Assembly: GCA_016748015.1 (NCBI GenBank)
Contig: JAAOMT010000607.1
Coordinates: 682,001-746,000 of the forward strand
Length of the DNA stretch: 64,000 bases
Source: Geosiphon pyriformis uo1
Taxonomy: Eukaryota > Fungi > Glomeromycota
Direction of reading: 5' to 3'
Part shown: one piece after another, positions 15,110 through 28,713 of the stretch
Layout of the letters: every line of letters begins with the position of its first letter
How positions within the stretch are numbered: position 1 is the stretch's first letter
Translations under genes and position numbers: made by a program
Notes under the pieces: model-generated
Told to the model about the DNA's origin: nothing
The model's input: only the letters and a program-made list of their open reading frames with translations
The model's database searches: none

Positions 15110-15500
15110 TCTTACTTATCAGCACTTATATTGATAAACTCCAATACTTAATTACATAAAAACAATAGTTTTTAATCATAGCTATTATTGAAATACTAAT
15201 TTTTTCTTTTTTTTTATTGGTTTTATTTTATTTTATTTTATGTTATTAATTGTGTTTTGTATATACTAATTAATTAAGAAAAGATAGCCTGGTAAAAAAC
15301 CTGTAAAACAAGTGTAAAAACTTAAAGATAGCTTATTAAAAAGGCATAACTACTAGATTAAACCAGTCTTTACATTGAAGAAAAAAATTTGAAAAGACAA
15401 TACAAATTGAATTTCTGTTTATTATACAAAAAATTCAAATTTCATTATCATTAACCAACCAGCACCAAGTTACAGATTTCAAATATCAAAGCCAACACCC
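15110..15500 (+). mobile_element. Fragment of a Gypsy leader/5' gag region related to element 1 (inverted relative to ~7920-8400)
   Basis: Collinear matches such as 'ccaatacttaattacataaaaacaatag', 'tagcctggtaaaaa' and 'tagcttattaaaaaggcataactactag' to the reverse complement of 8100-8380. Confidence 0.65.
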
Positions 15501-15647
15501 AAATTCTCTTACTGTAACAGTAATCATAAAAATAATATTTTTAAAATTGTAAAATTATAATATTATACTTAAAAATATGGTTTATTATTTTATAAATATA
15601 TTTTACTTTACAAAAATACTTAAACAAAAAATTTAAATTTCTATATA

Positions 15648-18585
15648 TTAAAATGGTTTATTCCCCTTAATTGGTGTGTCAACGATTTTTGGCTTTTTTA
15701 CAACTTCTCTTTCTGGTGTTCTCTCCAAATTCTTCTTTTTTGCTCCAGTAATTAATTTAATATTTTTTTTATTTAACTCACACAGGGCGTTCGTTGTTGC
15801 ATCCAATTTCCTCTTGTATTCCTTTAACATAAGGTACACCAATTTTATGTTGTCAAGATCTTGATGAGAAGATGGAATAGAGGCCTTATGCATTAAAAGC
15901 AAATGAAATAAACCTCCACTTGCAACAAGTGCATAAACTCTGATCTCGCGACCTAATTCCATTGTAATTTAATAATTATTTATCTTGGAAAAAATTGTGA
16001 AACATCTTATATTACAATACTTACCAACTACTAAGAGACCCCAATAAACCAAGTTTCCTGTATCTACGCCAATCAACCGATCTTTAGCGGATGCCCACAA
16101 GTCCCGAAGTTCCAATCCCAATTTAAGAGTATCATTCCATTCTTTAAATCGTGAACACTGAGGAAGACCACCAGCCACTTCTAAACATCCAACAGCTGGG
16201 TTCCAATTAAGATTTTGGTACTCAATTATTGCATCGACTTTATAGCCAATCCGTGCACGGTCATAAGGATCTCTTTCTTTGTTTCTGCGCATTGCCGTCT
16301 CTGGAAGCGACTGCTCACCACTAACATTTTAATATAATAATGTAAGCACATTTATGTAAATAAAACCAATAATATTCATATTTCTTACTTACTATTTTAA
16401 CCAGTACTGGTCGTCATTTCTAAAAATGGCATCCAAAAAAGGAACAACATTGCGAGTTTGGTGTTCGTTTTCGGATAAATCATTTTTTCTTATCATTGTC
16501 ACGGAATCAAGGCTAAAAAAAATAAACAACAGTTAAATATCATTTTTAAAAAGTAATTAATTATATAGCATACTTACAGGCGGCTAACAAGTTTCCTAAG
16601 AGTTTTTTCATTTACTGTCCTTGCTAGAACGTCATCAACATCATCTGCCTACAAAATAAAGTATTTAACAAAAAGTATTTTAAATAAAAAATACTAATTA
16701 CCATAATAAGCTTATCAAAAAAGTCCTCCTCCTCTTCAGAAAGCCTTGGAACAGAGAAGTGCGTCTCCTTCGGAAGCACATTCAAGATCTGCGGGAGAAC
16801 ATCAACTAAAAGTTTTGATGTAGGCCCATGAGACCCTGAATGTTCAACGATATAATAATGCAAAGGGCTAAAAAAAAACTTTAAAATTTAAATAGGATGG
16901 TAAAAAAAAACTATAAAAAAATAAAAATTGAAAAAAGCAACCCACTCGCAAACACATCGCTCTTTACTCAACTTCCCACGATATGTCTCCACCCTTTCCA
17001 TTACTTCATCCCAGTCTACACCATCTGAAGAGTTCTCACCGACATGAACAACGTGGGGCTTCTGAACCTTCTTAATCTTTATAAACTCTTCTTCCGATTC
17101 CTCAGTGGTCCTAAATACAGAGGAATTTAAAATGAAATTCCCAAAATCATTGAAACAATGTAGACGAAAGTTAGCCTTACGATGGAAGGTATTCCGTCGC
17201 TGATTCTCCGGTCATCTCATCCACATCGGTGTCCTAAAGTAAGTTATTACTGGTTGCCAGATATTGTAAACTAAAAGTGAAAGTGAACAATACCGGTGAG
17301 CGTTCTTCGATGTCCTGGTCTTCTTCAGAGCCCCAGACTAGCCAGAATCCTTCGATGGCTTTAGAATTTTTGGTGTCCTTGAATGAGATTACTTAGTATG
17401 ATAGCTTTGGAATCCAACAACAGGTAACTCAGAGGATGCCCAAATGTGTTGTATTCCATTGCCACACAGCTTTTTTGGATCCCAATAACAGGCAACTCAG
17501 AGGATGCCTTGGGCGATCTTACGCATAATCCATTGCCGCATAGCTTTGGAATACAACAATAGGTAACTCAGAGGATGCCCAAATGTGTTGTATTCCATTG
17601 CCACACAGCTTTGGATCCCAATAACAGGCAACTCAGAGGATGCCTTGGGCGATCTTNNNNNNNNNNNNNNNNNNNNATGAAATTCCCAAAATCATTGAAA
17701 CAATGTAGACGAAAGTTAGCCTTACGATGGAAGGTATTCCGTCGCTGATTCTCCGGTCATCTCATCCACATCGGTGTCCTAAAGTAAGTTATTACTGGTT
17801 GCCAGATATTGTAAACTAAAAGTGAAAGTGAACAATACCGGTGAGCGTTCTTCGATGTCCTGGTCTTCTTCAGAGCCCCAGACTAGCCAGAATCCTTCGA
17901 TGGCTTTAGAATTTTTGGTGTCCTTGAATGAGATTACTTAGTATGATAGCTTTGGAATCCAACAACAGGTAACTCAGAGGATGCCCAAATGTGTTGTATT
18001 CCATTGCCACACAGCTTTTTTGGATCCCAATAACAGGCAACTCAGAGGATGCCTTGGGCGATCTTACGCATAATCCATTGCCGCATAGCTTTGGAATACA
18101 ACAATAGGTAACTCAGAGGATGCCCAAATGTGTTGTATTCCATTGCCACACAGCTTTGGATCCCAATAACAGGCAACTCAGAGGATGCCTTGGGCGATCT
18201 TACGCGTAATCCATTGCCACATAGCTTTGGAATCCAACAACAGGTAACTCAGAGGATGCCCAAATGTGTTGTATTCCATTGCCACAAAGCTTTGGATCCC
18301 AATAACAGGCAACTCAGAGGATGCCTTGGGCGATCTTACGCGTAATCCACTGTCGTAGAAACGGAAATAAAAGCAGTTACATACCTCCCAATTTTCGAGG
18401 AGTTCTTGCGCTTTTTTTGCATGCGCTAGGTTTTTTTCGTGGGAGATTTTTTTTAACAGTGTTAAGAATACGCTATGTTTAGAGTCTTTCTTCATTTGAC
18501 CTCCGCTGTTACTCCACTCAAGAAAATCTAGTAGGGACCACTCCGTAACCTTCGTTTCCACAAAGTACATTTTTGAATCGACCAT
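15648..18585 (-). CDS. Intact 9-exon gene, 486 aa, probable PD-(D/E)xK (restriction-endonuclease-fold) protein
   Basis: Exons 18585-18385, 17922-17839, 17778-17726 (exons 2-3 duplicated 545 bp lower by the gap artefact), 17110-16946, 16867-16702, 16648-16578, 16512-16393, 16320-16025 and 15952-15648. All introns are GT..AG and the phases are consistent, giving 1461 nt with no internal stop. Motifs: SENEH..VVPFL, YGE, RIGYKVD, LEVAGG, D.LKL...RD. The fold assignment is inferred. Confidence 0.8.
17132..18201. other. 525-bp direct duplication (17132-17656 = 17677-18201) around a 20-N scaffold gap; probable unmerged contig overlap
   Basis: The copies appear identical, including small variants in the repeat units, and abut N17657-17676. 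Confidence 0.85.
17946..18349. repeat. Intronic dimeric minisatellite: (65-bp A + 71-bp B) x ~3
   Basis: A and B share 'a(t/c)agctttgga..c.aa.aacagg.aactcagaggatgcc' and 'tccattgccac'. They differ by 'caaatgtgttgtat' versus 'ttgggcgatcttacgcgtaa'. The array lies inside intron 1 (17923-18384). Confidence 0.9.
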
Positions 18586-19237
18586 GTTTATAATAAAAAA
18601 AGGTATCCGGTTCAAATTTGGGGTACTCTTTGAAATAGAAAAAATTGTTTCGCTATTCGTCGTGAAGAATAATAAAATGAGACGCGTGAGTAAAGTAGGG
18701 GTTAAATAGAATGTTTTTCATGTCAAAAATAACAGGGTAAAAAAAAATTTTCATGGGTAAGAAAATTTTTTCATGGATACGTCACTGATAGCTAAGCCAT
18801 ATTAATTATACTAAATTTAAAGGTGATACTTTAAAAGTTAGTAGTACCACCACCCAAAAAGCTTAGAAAATTATGTGTTAAAAAAGCCTCTTTAACCACT
18901 TTTGAAAAGAATAATTCTTTTATCTTAGTTAATTTCTATAAATTCCATAATTAATAATTATTTTTCAAAATCCAAAATTTTGATTTAATATAAAAGATAA
19001 AAAATAAAGGTATTATAAACTATTAATTAACACAACTAACAAATTTGTAACAAAAGTAATAAATATTGTAAAAAAATATAAAATAATAATATACAATATT
19101 AAAATTAAGCATTTAGTTTTAATAAAAAAAAATTTATTTTTGATATTATTGGTTATTTATTATGTATTAAAAGTATAAAAGCATTAAAAAAGTTGGAATT
19201 TTTATTTTGTAATTAATTAATAAATAATTTTTATTTT

Positions 19238-22219
19238 TATTTTTTTTATTTTTTTTTTAAAGCTTAACGAATGAAGTCCAAACACGAACTATACATCATA
19301 CAAATGATCTAAACTAGGTGCGAATCATGCCTTTGCTATACATGACCAGACATTCAGACTAGTCAGAACAACACTATACACTTATATGAATGGAAGCCAT
19401 GTTACCAACACCTGCATAAAACAAACAACACTTATGATACTCAAAACTGATGCCAAGTGCATTAGCAATGCCCAACAACCTAATCACCCAGCTGAAAACC
19501 ATGTAGAAAAACCAGAAACAGTGACAGAAATAGAACCATCACATGGAATCAGCTTATTCTTCTCCATAATGGCCTGGTGTTTCGCACAGACCAGCCAGAT
19601 ATTATCATAAAATGCAAGGCAAAATTTCTGCACAAAATCCACAACTTTAACCACCACCATCTTAGGATCCTTGTAAACAGAAACAGACTCTCAATACCAA
19701 TTGCCGAAAACAAAGTCTTTACACAGAGCTGTACTGACAGCCACATCTGAAATGCAAGTTGACAACAACTGCAACACACATGAAGAAAAATGAAACAGGC
19801 CAGAACGCATCTCCCAGGCAGCCGCTAAAGTGTCCAATAAACTGGTGCAACTATCAGCATCAAAAGAGCAGGAAAAAACATGGTCTAAGACTTCAACCTC
19901 ATCACAGAACAAACAAACCACACTGGAATAAATCCTATCATACAGACGTTTTCGCACAGCAACAGGAAGGCGATGATGAAGAGCTTTCATGAAATATGTA
20001 CGAAAGCCAGCTGTCTGAGTACTAGTAAAACCAGCCACCATGTGGGAATCTGAGTGCCACACCAGAGAGAACCTCAACCAGTCAATATTAGCACACATAC
20101 ACCCTAGAACAATCTGGGAACCAGAACCAATCTCCCAATATACACGATGAATCGACCTGAATACATTACGAACAAAATGTCTTGAATTGCCAGAAACCGT
20201 ATCAATACCAGCCTTTAAAAACCTCTCACTGACCAAGTGGGGCAAGTGCCAGGCAGAAAGGGCAGCATTCTTAGCCAACGCATCAGCACGCACATTGCCT
20301 GAAACTCTTGAATGGCCCTTAACCTTAATCCAATTAATATCCAAATTTTTGTGATAAATGACATTGGCAATGTGACAATGCTCAACCCAACAACAATTCC
20401 TGAAATCAGGGCCAGCCAATAAAGACTTTGACCTGCAAGCATCTATAGCCACCTGGCTGTCCAAAAACAAGTCAACCAAACGAGAAGAAGGAACACACTC
20501 AAGAGCTAAAGCAATGGTCTGTAACTCCACCAAAGTAGAAGAAACCAAACCAGAAACCCTCACACTCAGACCCAAATCAATGTCCTCAAAGAAAACTGCA
20601 GCACCAGCCAACATGTCAACAGTGCCCAAGTTACTTAGAGACCTATCTGTGTATACAGAGAGGCGGGCGGCACCAACATTCAATAGATCATTACAAATAA
20701 CACCAAAACCAAAAGACTGTCAGATGTCAGAAGAGCCACAAACACCCCCATGAGGAAAATGACCAGAAAGAAAAGCCACACTACCAAGAAAACACACAAA
20801 GAGATCAAACCAGAAGGGGACTGGGCCATGGAAATCCAGTCTTTTCCAATACTTGAAAGTCTTCCAATCGAATACAACGCCATTCCAGTCATGAAGCTGT
20901 TCTACAAAAGCAATACCATAATGTTTAAGGAAAGAGACACATTTGAAAAAAATCATCTCACCGAAAACTAGAGACATAGGAGTACTGCTCCGAAGATGAA
21001 AAGCATCAGCCAGAGAGCCATCCAAAAACAAATCACATCCAGAAAAAATATGAACCACACCTGCCAAAAAGTTGTTTGAAGGGCTAACTCCAACATGAAC
21101 AGGAAACAACAAAGAGTGATGAGGACGCCAGCTGAGAACCTGGAGATTGTAAGACCTATGAGAAAACAAGCAACCCAAAACACCAACCGAATTTGCAAAA
21201 GTGATGACAGAAGCTGATTTGCTCTCAGTTTGAATCTGCTCAAAAGTCTTTAAATTGTACAAGGAAGGATGATGAAGTGCATCATTGGAAAAGTCTAGAG
21301 GCAGTCCAGATTTAGACTTCAGGCTCTTACAAATCAAAGTGTTCTACTTATTACACACACTGAGAGGAATAAAACTAAACTGAGTTCTGTAGCTAATGAT
21401 AGGTAAGAGAACTGAAGACACCAAATAAGCAAACTGTTTATCTGAAATAGCCTTTTTCAGAATAAGGTTGACAAAGAACCGAACATCCAAATGTGTTTTA
21501 ACCAAGTTAAGCTTCAAAAGACCTTTAGAAGATAAAAAAATCCCCAGATAATGATGAGGTTCATCTCTTTTAGTGATGAAAATCAGCATACCACTGATAG
21601 TTAGATAAGGAGCAGTGATCTGACAGTTGATAAGAATAGCCACAGTCTTGTCATTGTTAATCAAAATGTTATTTAAACAAAAAAAATCACTAGCAAAATT
21701 AAGGATGTGTTGTATAACAGTCTGGCTGCTACTGATCCAGATAGTATCATTAATAAAAGCACCAGCAGCCATAAACATCATCAGTTCAGCTTGAGATTCT
21801 ACCTGGCCAGTCTTAGAAACAAAATGAGAAATCAGCCTGTAACTACAAACACTCTCCTGTCTCTTAATCTCACACAACAGCAAGTCATAAAATATGCACC
21901 AGAGAAGAGACAAAAAAACCTCTCCTTGATCCAATCCATCATAAACATGATATCCATCAGTCAAACCAAAATCCATCATCACTCTGTTAATGCGACTATT
22001 GTAAATGCTACCAAAAAACCTGATAAATTTGTTACATATTTTGATCCTAACCAAACTCCTCTTGAGATGCTCCCAATCAACAGAATCATAAGCTTTGTAC
22101 ATATCTTGTAAAACCAACCACAACTTCCAATTCTTTTCCAAAGCATCTTCGATTACTGAACTAATAGCAAAAATAGATGATTGAGTAGACATACCCTTTA
22201 GGACAGAGAAATTGTCCCC
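19238..22219 (-). mobile_element. 5'-truncated LINE (copy C): RT, RNase H, Zn finger, tail
   Basis: ORFs 21344-22192 (RT: GLDQGEV, AFINDT), 20720-21337 and 19691-20683 (RNase H: KVKGHS..GN..AD). The tail is at ~19260-19376. Candidate low-complexity TSD AATTTTTATTTT at 19226-19237 and 22220-22231. Confidence 0.92.
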
Positions 22220-25200
22220 AATTTTTATTTTGCTTTAATAAAGTATATCATTTTAATATATTTATAATCTTAACTTATTATAAATTAAATAATAATTAAC
22301 AAAATCAGTTATATTAAAAAAAAATTTCTAGTTTAGATACAATAATAATTTAGCATGTAAAAACCCAAACCAGAAAGGCAAAAATTAAACAATATAATTA
22401 ATATATAATTAAAAAATAAAAAAAATAATTTTAAAATAATTCAAAAAATATCAATTAGTTTTTAGCCCAAAATTTTTTTTAATAATATATTAATATAAAA
22501 ATAATTAAAATAATTAAAAAAAAACAACAAAATATTAAAAAAAATCATTAAATTTAATAAAAATAATATTGTATTATTAAAAAATTTAATAATAATTATT
22601 TTATTAATAATAAATCTATTATTTAAACAATTTGGTTTAATTTTATTAATATAATATAATTTTTAAAATATTAAAAAAATACTATAAATTCATATTTAAA
22701 TTCATATTTTTTAAGTAATTATTATCTGATTTTAGCTATAAAAAATTTGTAAATATAATAATTTAAGTTTTAATTATTAATTTTTGATAAATTTTATAAT
22801 TTTTTTTAAAACATAAAATTTAATAATAGAATAATATAATTTTAAAATTATTAATTTATAACAAAAAAATAAATTGAATTTTAGTTATTTATTTTTTAAT
22901 TAAAAAAAAATATTTTTATAAATTAAATTTTGTTTAAATATACAAATATTTTATTATACTATTTTATATTTTTAAATTTTGTTTTTGTTAAAATATTTGC
23001 TAATTTTTTAAAATTAAATATGAATTTTAAAAAACTTTAATTACAATTTAAACTTGTTAAACTTTATTTAAATTACTTAAAATTTACATAAAATACAAAA
23101 AACTTCTTTCTTTCTTACCTCTAAATAATCCTCAAAGAGCACATTTTCTAAAAAAGAAGTTTTTTGTTTTTTTTCTTATTAAAGTTTATATCAACATTTT
23201 TTTGCCTAATAATCTTTTTGTTGTGGATTTAAAGACTGCTTCTAGCAGTGATATGTCTAAGAAAAAAGTGCCTAAGAACACTTTCTATGGTCTTGTTGGT
23301 GGTTTTTTCTCCCAAAAGAAAAAAATGATTCTTGGTAATGTTAAACATTCAAGTAATGAAAGAGATATTTCTTTAGTCAAACTTGGTTCTGGTGGCATGT
23401 ATTTGGACATGGATAGTGAGTCTAGTTGTGGTAAAGACAATATGGTTTTGAAGAGTATCAACAGTGGATCTCTTTTAGACTTAGCAGCTACTACTTCTAA
23501 AGCAAAAAGAGTGAATTCCAACATGGTTTTTGGGTCCCTTCTTGGCTCTCCCAATTATGATATAGATGAAGAAGCAGAACTCCTCCCACCTCCCCTCAGT
23601 ATATCTTTGGAAAAGAAATAGATAAATCCTAAAATTGTGAAGACTCCTGTGGAAGTTTCTGTTAAGAAGTTATTTGCTTTGGATATCAATTTTTCAGTAG
23701 TGGAAGGCAAATCTGCTACAGCAAAGACCCAGTTTATTAGGAAAATTTTTTCAACAGTCAATAGTTTTGAAGAGGCCACCACCCTCTTAAAATTTGAAAG
23801 GATCATTTGATCAATGTTTACTTCTGAGGAAAGCTTGATTAAGGCTACATTATTGGCCAGAAAGAAAGGGATTATCATAAACAGCAATCTTAAAAAACAA
23901 GAAATTTGTTCAAATTAGACCATAGTAATCAAGAAAATTCTCATGGATACACCAAAGAAAATGATTGTCACTGCAGTATCTGAGTTTGGTAATATTAAGT
24001 CAATCAAGATTTAGCTAATTGGAATGTGGCAGAAGGCTGTAGTGAAATTCACCGAATTGGAACAGGCAAAACAACTGGTATTAAGATAGTCATTTCTCAT
24101 TGGAAAAAATTTGGTGCATATGGCTATGGCCGTGGAAGATCATGATACTTGGATGTTTAGAGATTGCTTCAAGGCACTTTTGTTTACTTTGCCAATAGGA
24201 ACAACAGCTTATAATCTTGGTACTTTTTTAGAAGAAGCTGGTGGGAAAACTTGTGTGATTAATTGTTCTCTGGAAACTGGAAACCAGACCCACTGTGCTG
24301 TTGTTGGTTTTGAGTCTAAAAATAAGCTTGAATTTGCATTTCACACAGAGCCAATTTTTGGTGGTGTAAGACTTTCTTGGACTAGGTTGGACTTGGTTGG
24401 ACTTGGTTCAGTGTGAGAAGTGTGGAAGGTTTAAACATTCAGCTTTGGAATGTAATGCTTCTGACACCCTGGTGTCTGCTCTATCTAAAAAGACTTATAA
24501 AAAAACTGCTTCTGACAAGAATCGTGTTTGGTTGACTAAGTTGTATGTCAAGAAAAATGTTCCTATTTCTTGCCCTGCTGCTTTTGGTGGCAAATCCTGG
24601 ACTCAAATAGTTTCTTCTGTCTCTTCTTCTGGTGGTCTTCTATTTGAGTTTGGTTCTGGTTCTGGTTCTTTTTCTTCTGGTGTCTCAGATATGGTGGTGG
24701 TTTTCTTCTAGCTCTGACCAACAATTTGTCTTTAGATGCTTATTTGTCGTCTTTGAAATGCTTCTTAGAGCTCTTAGGTAATCAGGTGTCTGGCATTTTG
24801 CATAAACTTAACAGCATGGAATTGGTGCCTTTAGTTTCCCTATCTTCTTCTAATAGTCTAGTTACATTAATAAATGTTAAATTGGATTCAAATTAAGATA
24901 TGGTTTTGGAAAGTTCTATAATGGTGTCTGTGTCTTCTCCTGTTGTTTCAAAGATTTTGACAACTAAAGTGGGCTGTTTGGAGTCCAAGTTAGTGGCTTT
25001 TAAAGCCTCTATTAGTTCAGTTTTGGTAAAGTTAGATTAGTTGTGTGCTAGCTTGGGTTCTTAGGTATTTTTTGCTTCTCAATGAGTGACTTGATTTGGA
25101 AATTTGCTATGTGCAATATTAGAGGTCTTAATGTTCCAGCTAAACAAGATGATGTCATATGGTGGCACATAAGTTTGGATAACATAGTTTTTTTATCACT

Positions 25201-28200
25201 GAAACTAAATTAAGGTCTAGCATAAGGCCATAGATTATAAGAAAATTTGATGGTGTATAGATATTCACTTCTGGGCTAGAAAAAAGTTTTCTAGGAGCTG
25301 GTGTAACAGTTATCATGAATGAATATCTGACTTGGTATATTTCTAAGATGGAAAAAGTTCCTGGGTGGATTATTTCAATTAGACTTCTTTTCAAGGACAA
25401 TATCTCAATATCTATTGTGGATTTATACGCTGGTGCCTCTTTTGTATCAAGATTTAGTCAAGCTTCAGTCATCAATTTTTTCATTGCCAAAGCAGTTAAT
25501 TCTAGCACGTTTGTGATTTTGGGTAGGAATTTCAATGAAAATAGGAAAGAGAAGAATGCAAATGTCAAGTTTTGTTCTGATTTGGGTCTGGTAAATTCAT
25601 TCATTGGCCATGCACTGGTTGAAACTTCTACATGGTCCAACTCATAAAGGATTGAAAGAACTATTGATTTTATCTTTGTTAATTGCAATTTGTCTTCCGC
25701 TGTTGCTGGCCATGAGGTTAACTCTGTTGTGAAATTTTTCAATACTAATCATCAGGCAGTTTCAGTCTTGATTGGATTGAGAGGTCTTGTGGATTCTGAT
25801 TTAAATAGTTTACATAAGCAAGCCAATAGTAACAAGTGAAAGTTCAAGATCAAAGATGCTGACACTGGTAAATAACTACATTTTAGAGAGTACTCGTCTG
25901 ATAAGTTTGCTATAGCTTTGCCTGAATTCAACTTGACAAAAGACCTTGGAGATTTAAATATGATGTGGGACATTCTGAGAAAGGCTGTGGTGATGTTAGC
26001 TGATAAAATTTTCTCCAAATATTGGTTCAGTGACTTCAAGTGTACAAGGAACAAATATTCTTCCAAGTTTTTTAGGTTAGAACTTCTGGTAGCAAAGATT
26101 GTGAAGAGTCTAAGTTTGGGTTATACTGTTGACTTTGCTTGTTTTTTATATACTTGGTCTGGTTTTAATAAGACAGAAGCTTTCGAGTTTGAAACCCTGA
26201 TTAATAATAATGTTGGGACCAAAGTAGCTCTCTGGTACTTGACAGGTGTAAAAAAAAAATACCACAAATCCAAGTATTATGAATCCAAAATGGCAAGGGA
26301 TGACTCCATCAGAAAAGCAATCGACAAACATATGGAGAACTTTAGCTCTGATAAAGGGTGTATGATTCAGAGTGTGTTAGACCAGCCAGTTCAAAAGGTA
26401 ATGCTCAACCATCTAATAGTGAATAATAATTTGATCCTAGATCCTTGTGATATCAAGTCAAACATTGATATGATTATGGAAAGATGAACAAGGAAACGTA
26501 TAGTGTCCGAAGTTCTGCCAAATCACTGGTTGACTTAATATGCTTCCTTGGTTTATGTTGACTCTAGTGCCTTTGCAGATGTTATAAGTGATTTCAGTTT
26601 GAATGAATTGCTGGTGGTGGTCAGTAACCTACTGGATAACAAAGCAGCTAGGCTTTCTGATATTACCAATGAACTGTAGAAACATTGTAATAGGAGAGTT
26701 TTGAGTGGTTTATTGGAAATTTGCAACATGTGTCTAACTCTGACAATGGTTCCTATGCTATGGAAGAGGGCTTGGATCTCCATGATACCCAAACCATATG
26801 AATGAGAAGATACTTTGACCAACACAAAACCTATTGCTCTGATCAAAACTGCTCACAAGGTGCTGTCTAAGCTGCTCTCAGATAAGATCTCTTTAGCATG
26901 TAGCAAGTTTGATGTTCTTCAGAGTAACAACTTCTCAGTTTTGAAGGGCATGTCTACTCTTTCTCCGATTTTTGCTGTTGGCTCAGTGGTTAAAGATGCT
27001 CTGGAAAAGGGCAGAGAAGTGTGATTAGTGCTATAGGACATGCAAAAGGCATATAACTCTGTTGAATGGCATCACTTGAAGAATAGTTTGAACAGGATCA
27101 AAATGTGTCCTTGTTTTGTTAAGTTTTTTGAGAATATTCACAATGGTTGGATAAACTATGTTATAACAGATTTTGAATTGACATCAGGATATACAGTCCA
27201 TGATGGACTTGACCAGAGTGAGGTTTTCTCTCTGTTACTGTGGAAGATCTTTTATGATTCTTTGCTTTGTGAAGTCAAAAAATTTGAATATGTATATGAC
27301 TATAAAATAGAATCCAGGTTTTTTATATGCACTGGCAAACCAGATTTTGGGTCTAACAAAGTGTTCTTTATGGCTGTTGGAGCCTTTGTGGATGATACAA
27401 TCTGAATTGGGAACAGCTTGACTGTTACTCAGAGTATTTTAAATATTGCTAGTAAGTTTTTTTGTGTCAATGATATTTCGATCAATACAGATAAGACAGT
27501 GGCTATACCAATCAATAAAAAAGTTGCCAATCCTTGACTGGTAATTAGTAAATTAAACATTACAATAGTGAAAAAATATGAGGTTCATAAATACTTAAGC
27601 ATTTTTTTGTTAACTGAGAGACTTTCTTGCCCTAGTATTGCTAAGACACATTTGGACTTAAAGTTTTTTACGAACTTGGTTCTGAGGAAAGCGGTTTCTA
27701 ATAAACAATTTCTGTATCTAATTTTTGCTGTTTTACAGTCTATTATTAGTTATAAATTCCAATTTAATCATGTTCCTATTAGTGTGTATGAAAAATAGAA
27801 CAAGTTGTTGAAAAAAAGTCTGAAACTCAAGACTAACCTGCCTAAAAATTTTCCCACAAAGGCTTTTTATCACCCAGGTTTATATAATATGGTGCCCTTC
27901 AGACAGCTCCTAGCCTGAAAATTCACTGGCCAATTTTGTGTTCTTTGCCAATTCTGTGAGCATACTTGGCGACTTGTTTGAACACCATGCAATGAATCTG
28001 CAGACCATTAGTTGGCTGCCCCGAAACCCTCTTAATTTTCCGATAATGCTTCCGGGTAATCCTGTGGACTGTTTTTTAGCTGGCATAATAAACATACTTT
28101 CATCATATGGCCTGTCCTTAGGAAGTAGTACGACTAATGTGTTTCATGTGAGCAGTAAAGTTGCTGCTGCTGATGTTCTTAGACTGAATGTTTACATGAA

Positions 28201-28713
28201 GGGGTAAGTTTACTAAGAAGATTTGGGATAATCTACGTGAACCAGCTTTTGAACCATTATGGCAGGTGTTTTATATGGAATACATTTCATAGATAGAAAA
28301 GGTTGGATCCTAGAAGACCAACTTCTGATTGGTTCATCTCTCTTGTAGAATTTATTGAGTCTGGTGGTCTGATTGGTGGTAGCGACTCATCATATCTTCT
28401 CTCTTCCAAATTTTTCTCATATAACACTGGTTATATTAGGGATTGTTTAAGACAAGTGGGTTCTGATGTTATACCTATTTATACCAACAGTTCAGTTAGA
28501 AATTTTAGTTCCTTTGGTGCTAGTGGTGGTACTGCTGCTTATTTTCCTAGTGCTGACATTGGTGTTGGTATTAGAGTTTTCAATTTACTGTCTTCTATGC
28601 TTGCAGAAATGCAGGCAATAACTCTGGTCTTGGACTGTGTCCCTAATTATAGCTCAGTAATGTTGTTTACTAATAGTCAGGCTTTGTTGGACTTATGTGT
28701 GGTGTTATCTGAG

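Noticed and set aside
15511-15540. Left TIR partner (CAGTAATCAT) for the CAGTGACGTA end at 18787
   Set aside because: The match is too short and there is no target-site duplication.
17132-18201. Tandem duplication of exons 2-3 as real exon duplication
   Set aside because: The copies look identical and directly flank a 20-N gap, which is typical of unmerged contig ends. Reads are needed to confirm.
17946-18349. CRISPR-like array or hammerhead ribozyme repeat
   Set aside because: Only two alternating 'spacers', no cas genes and a eukaryotic intron context. No CUGANGA/GAAA core on either strand.
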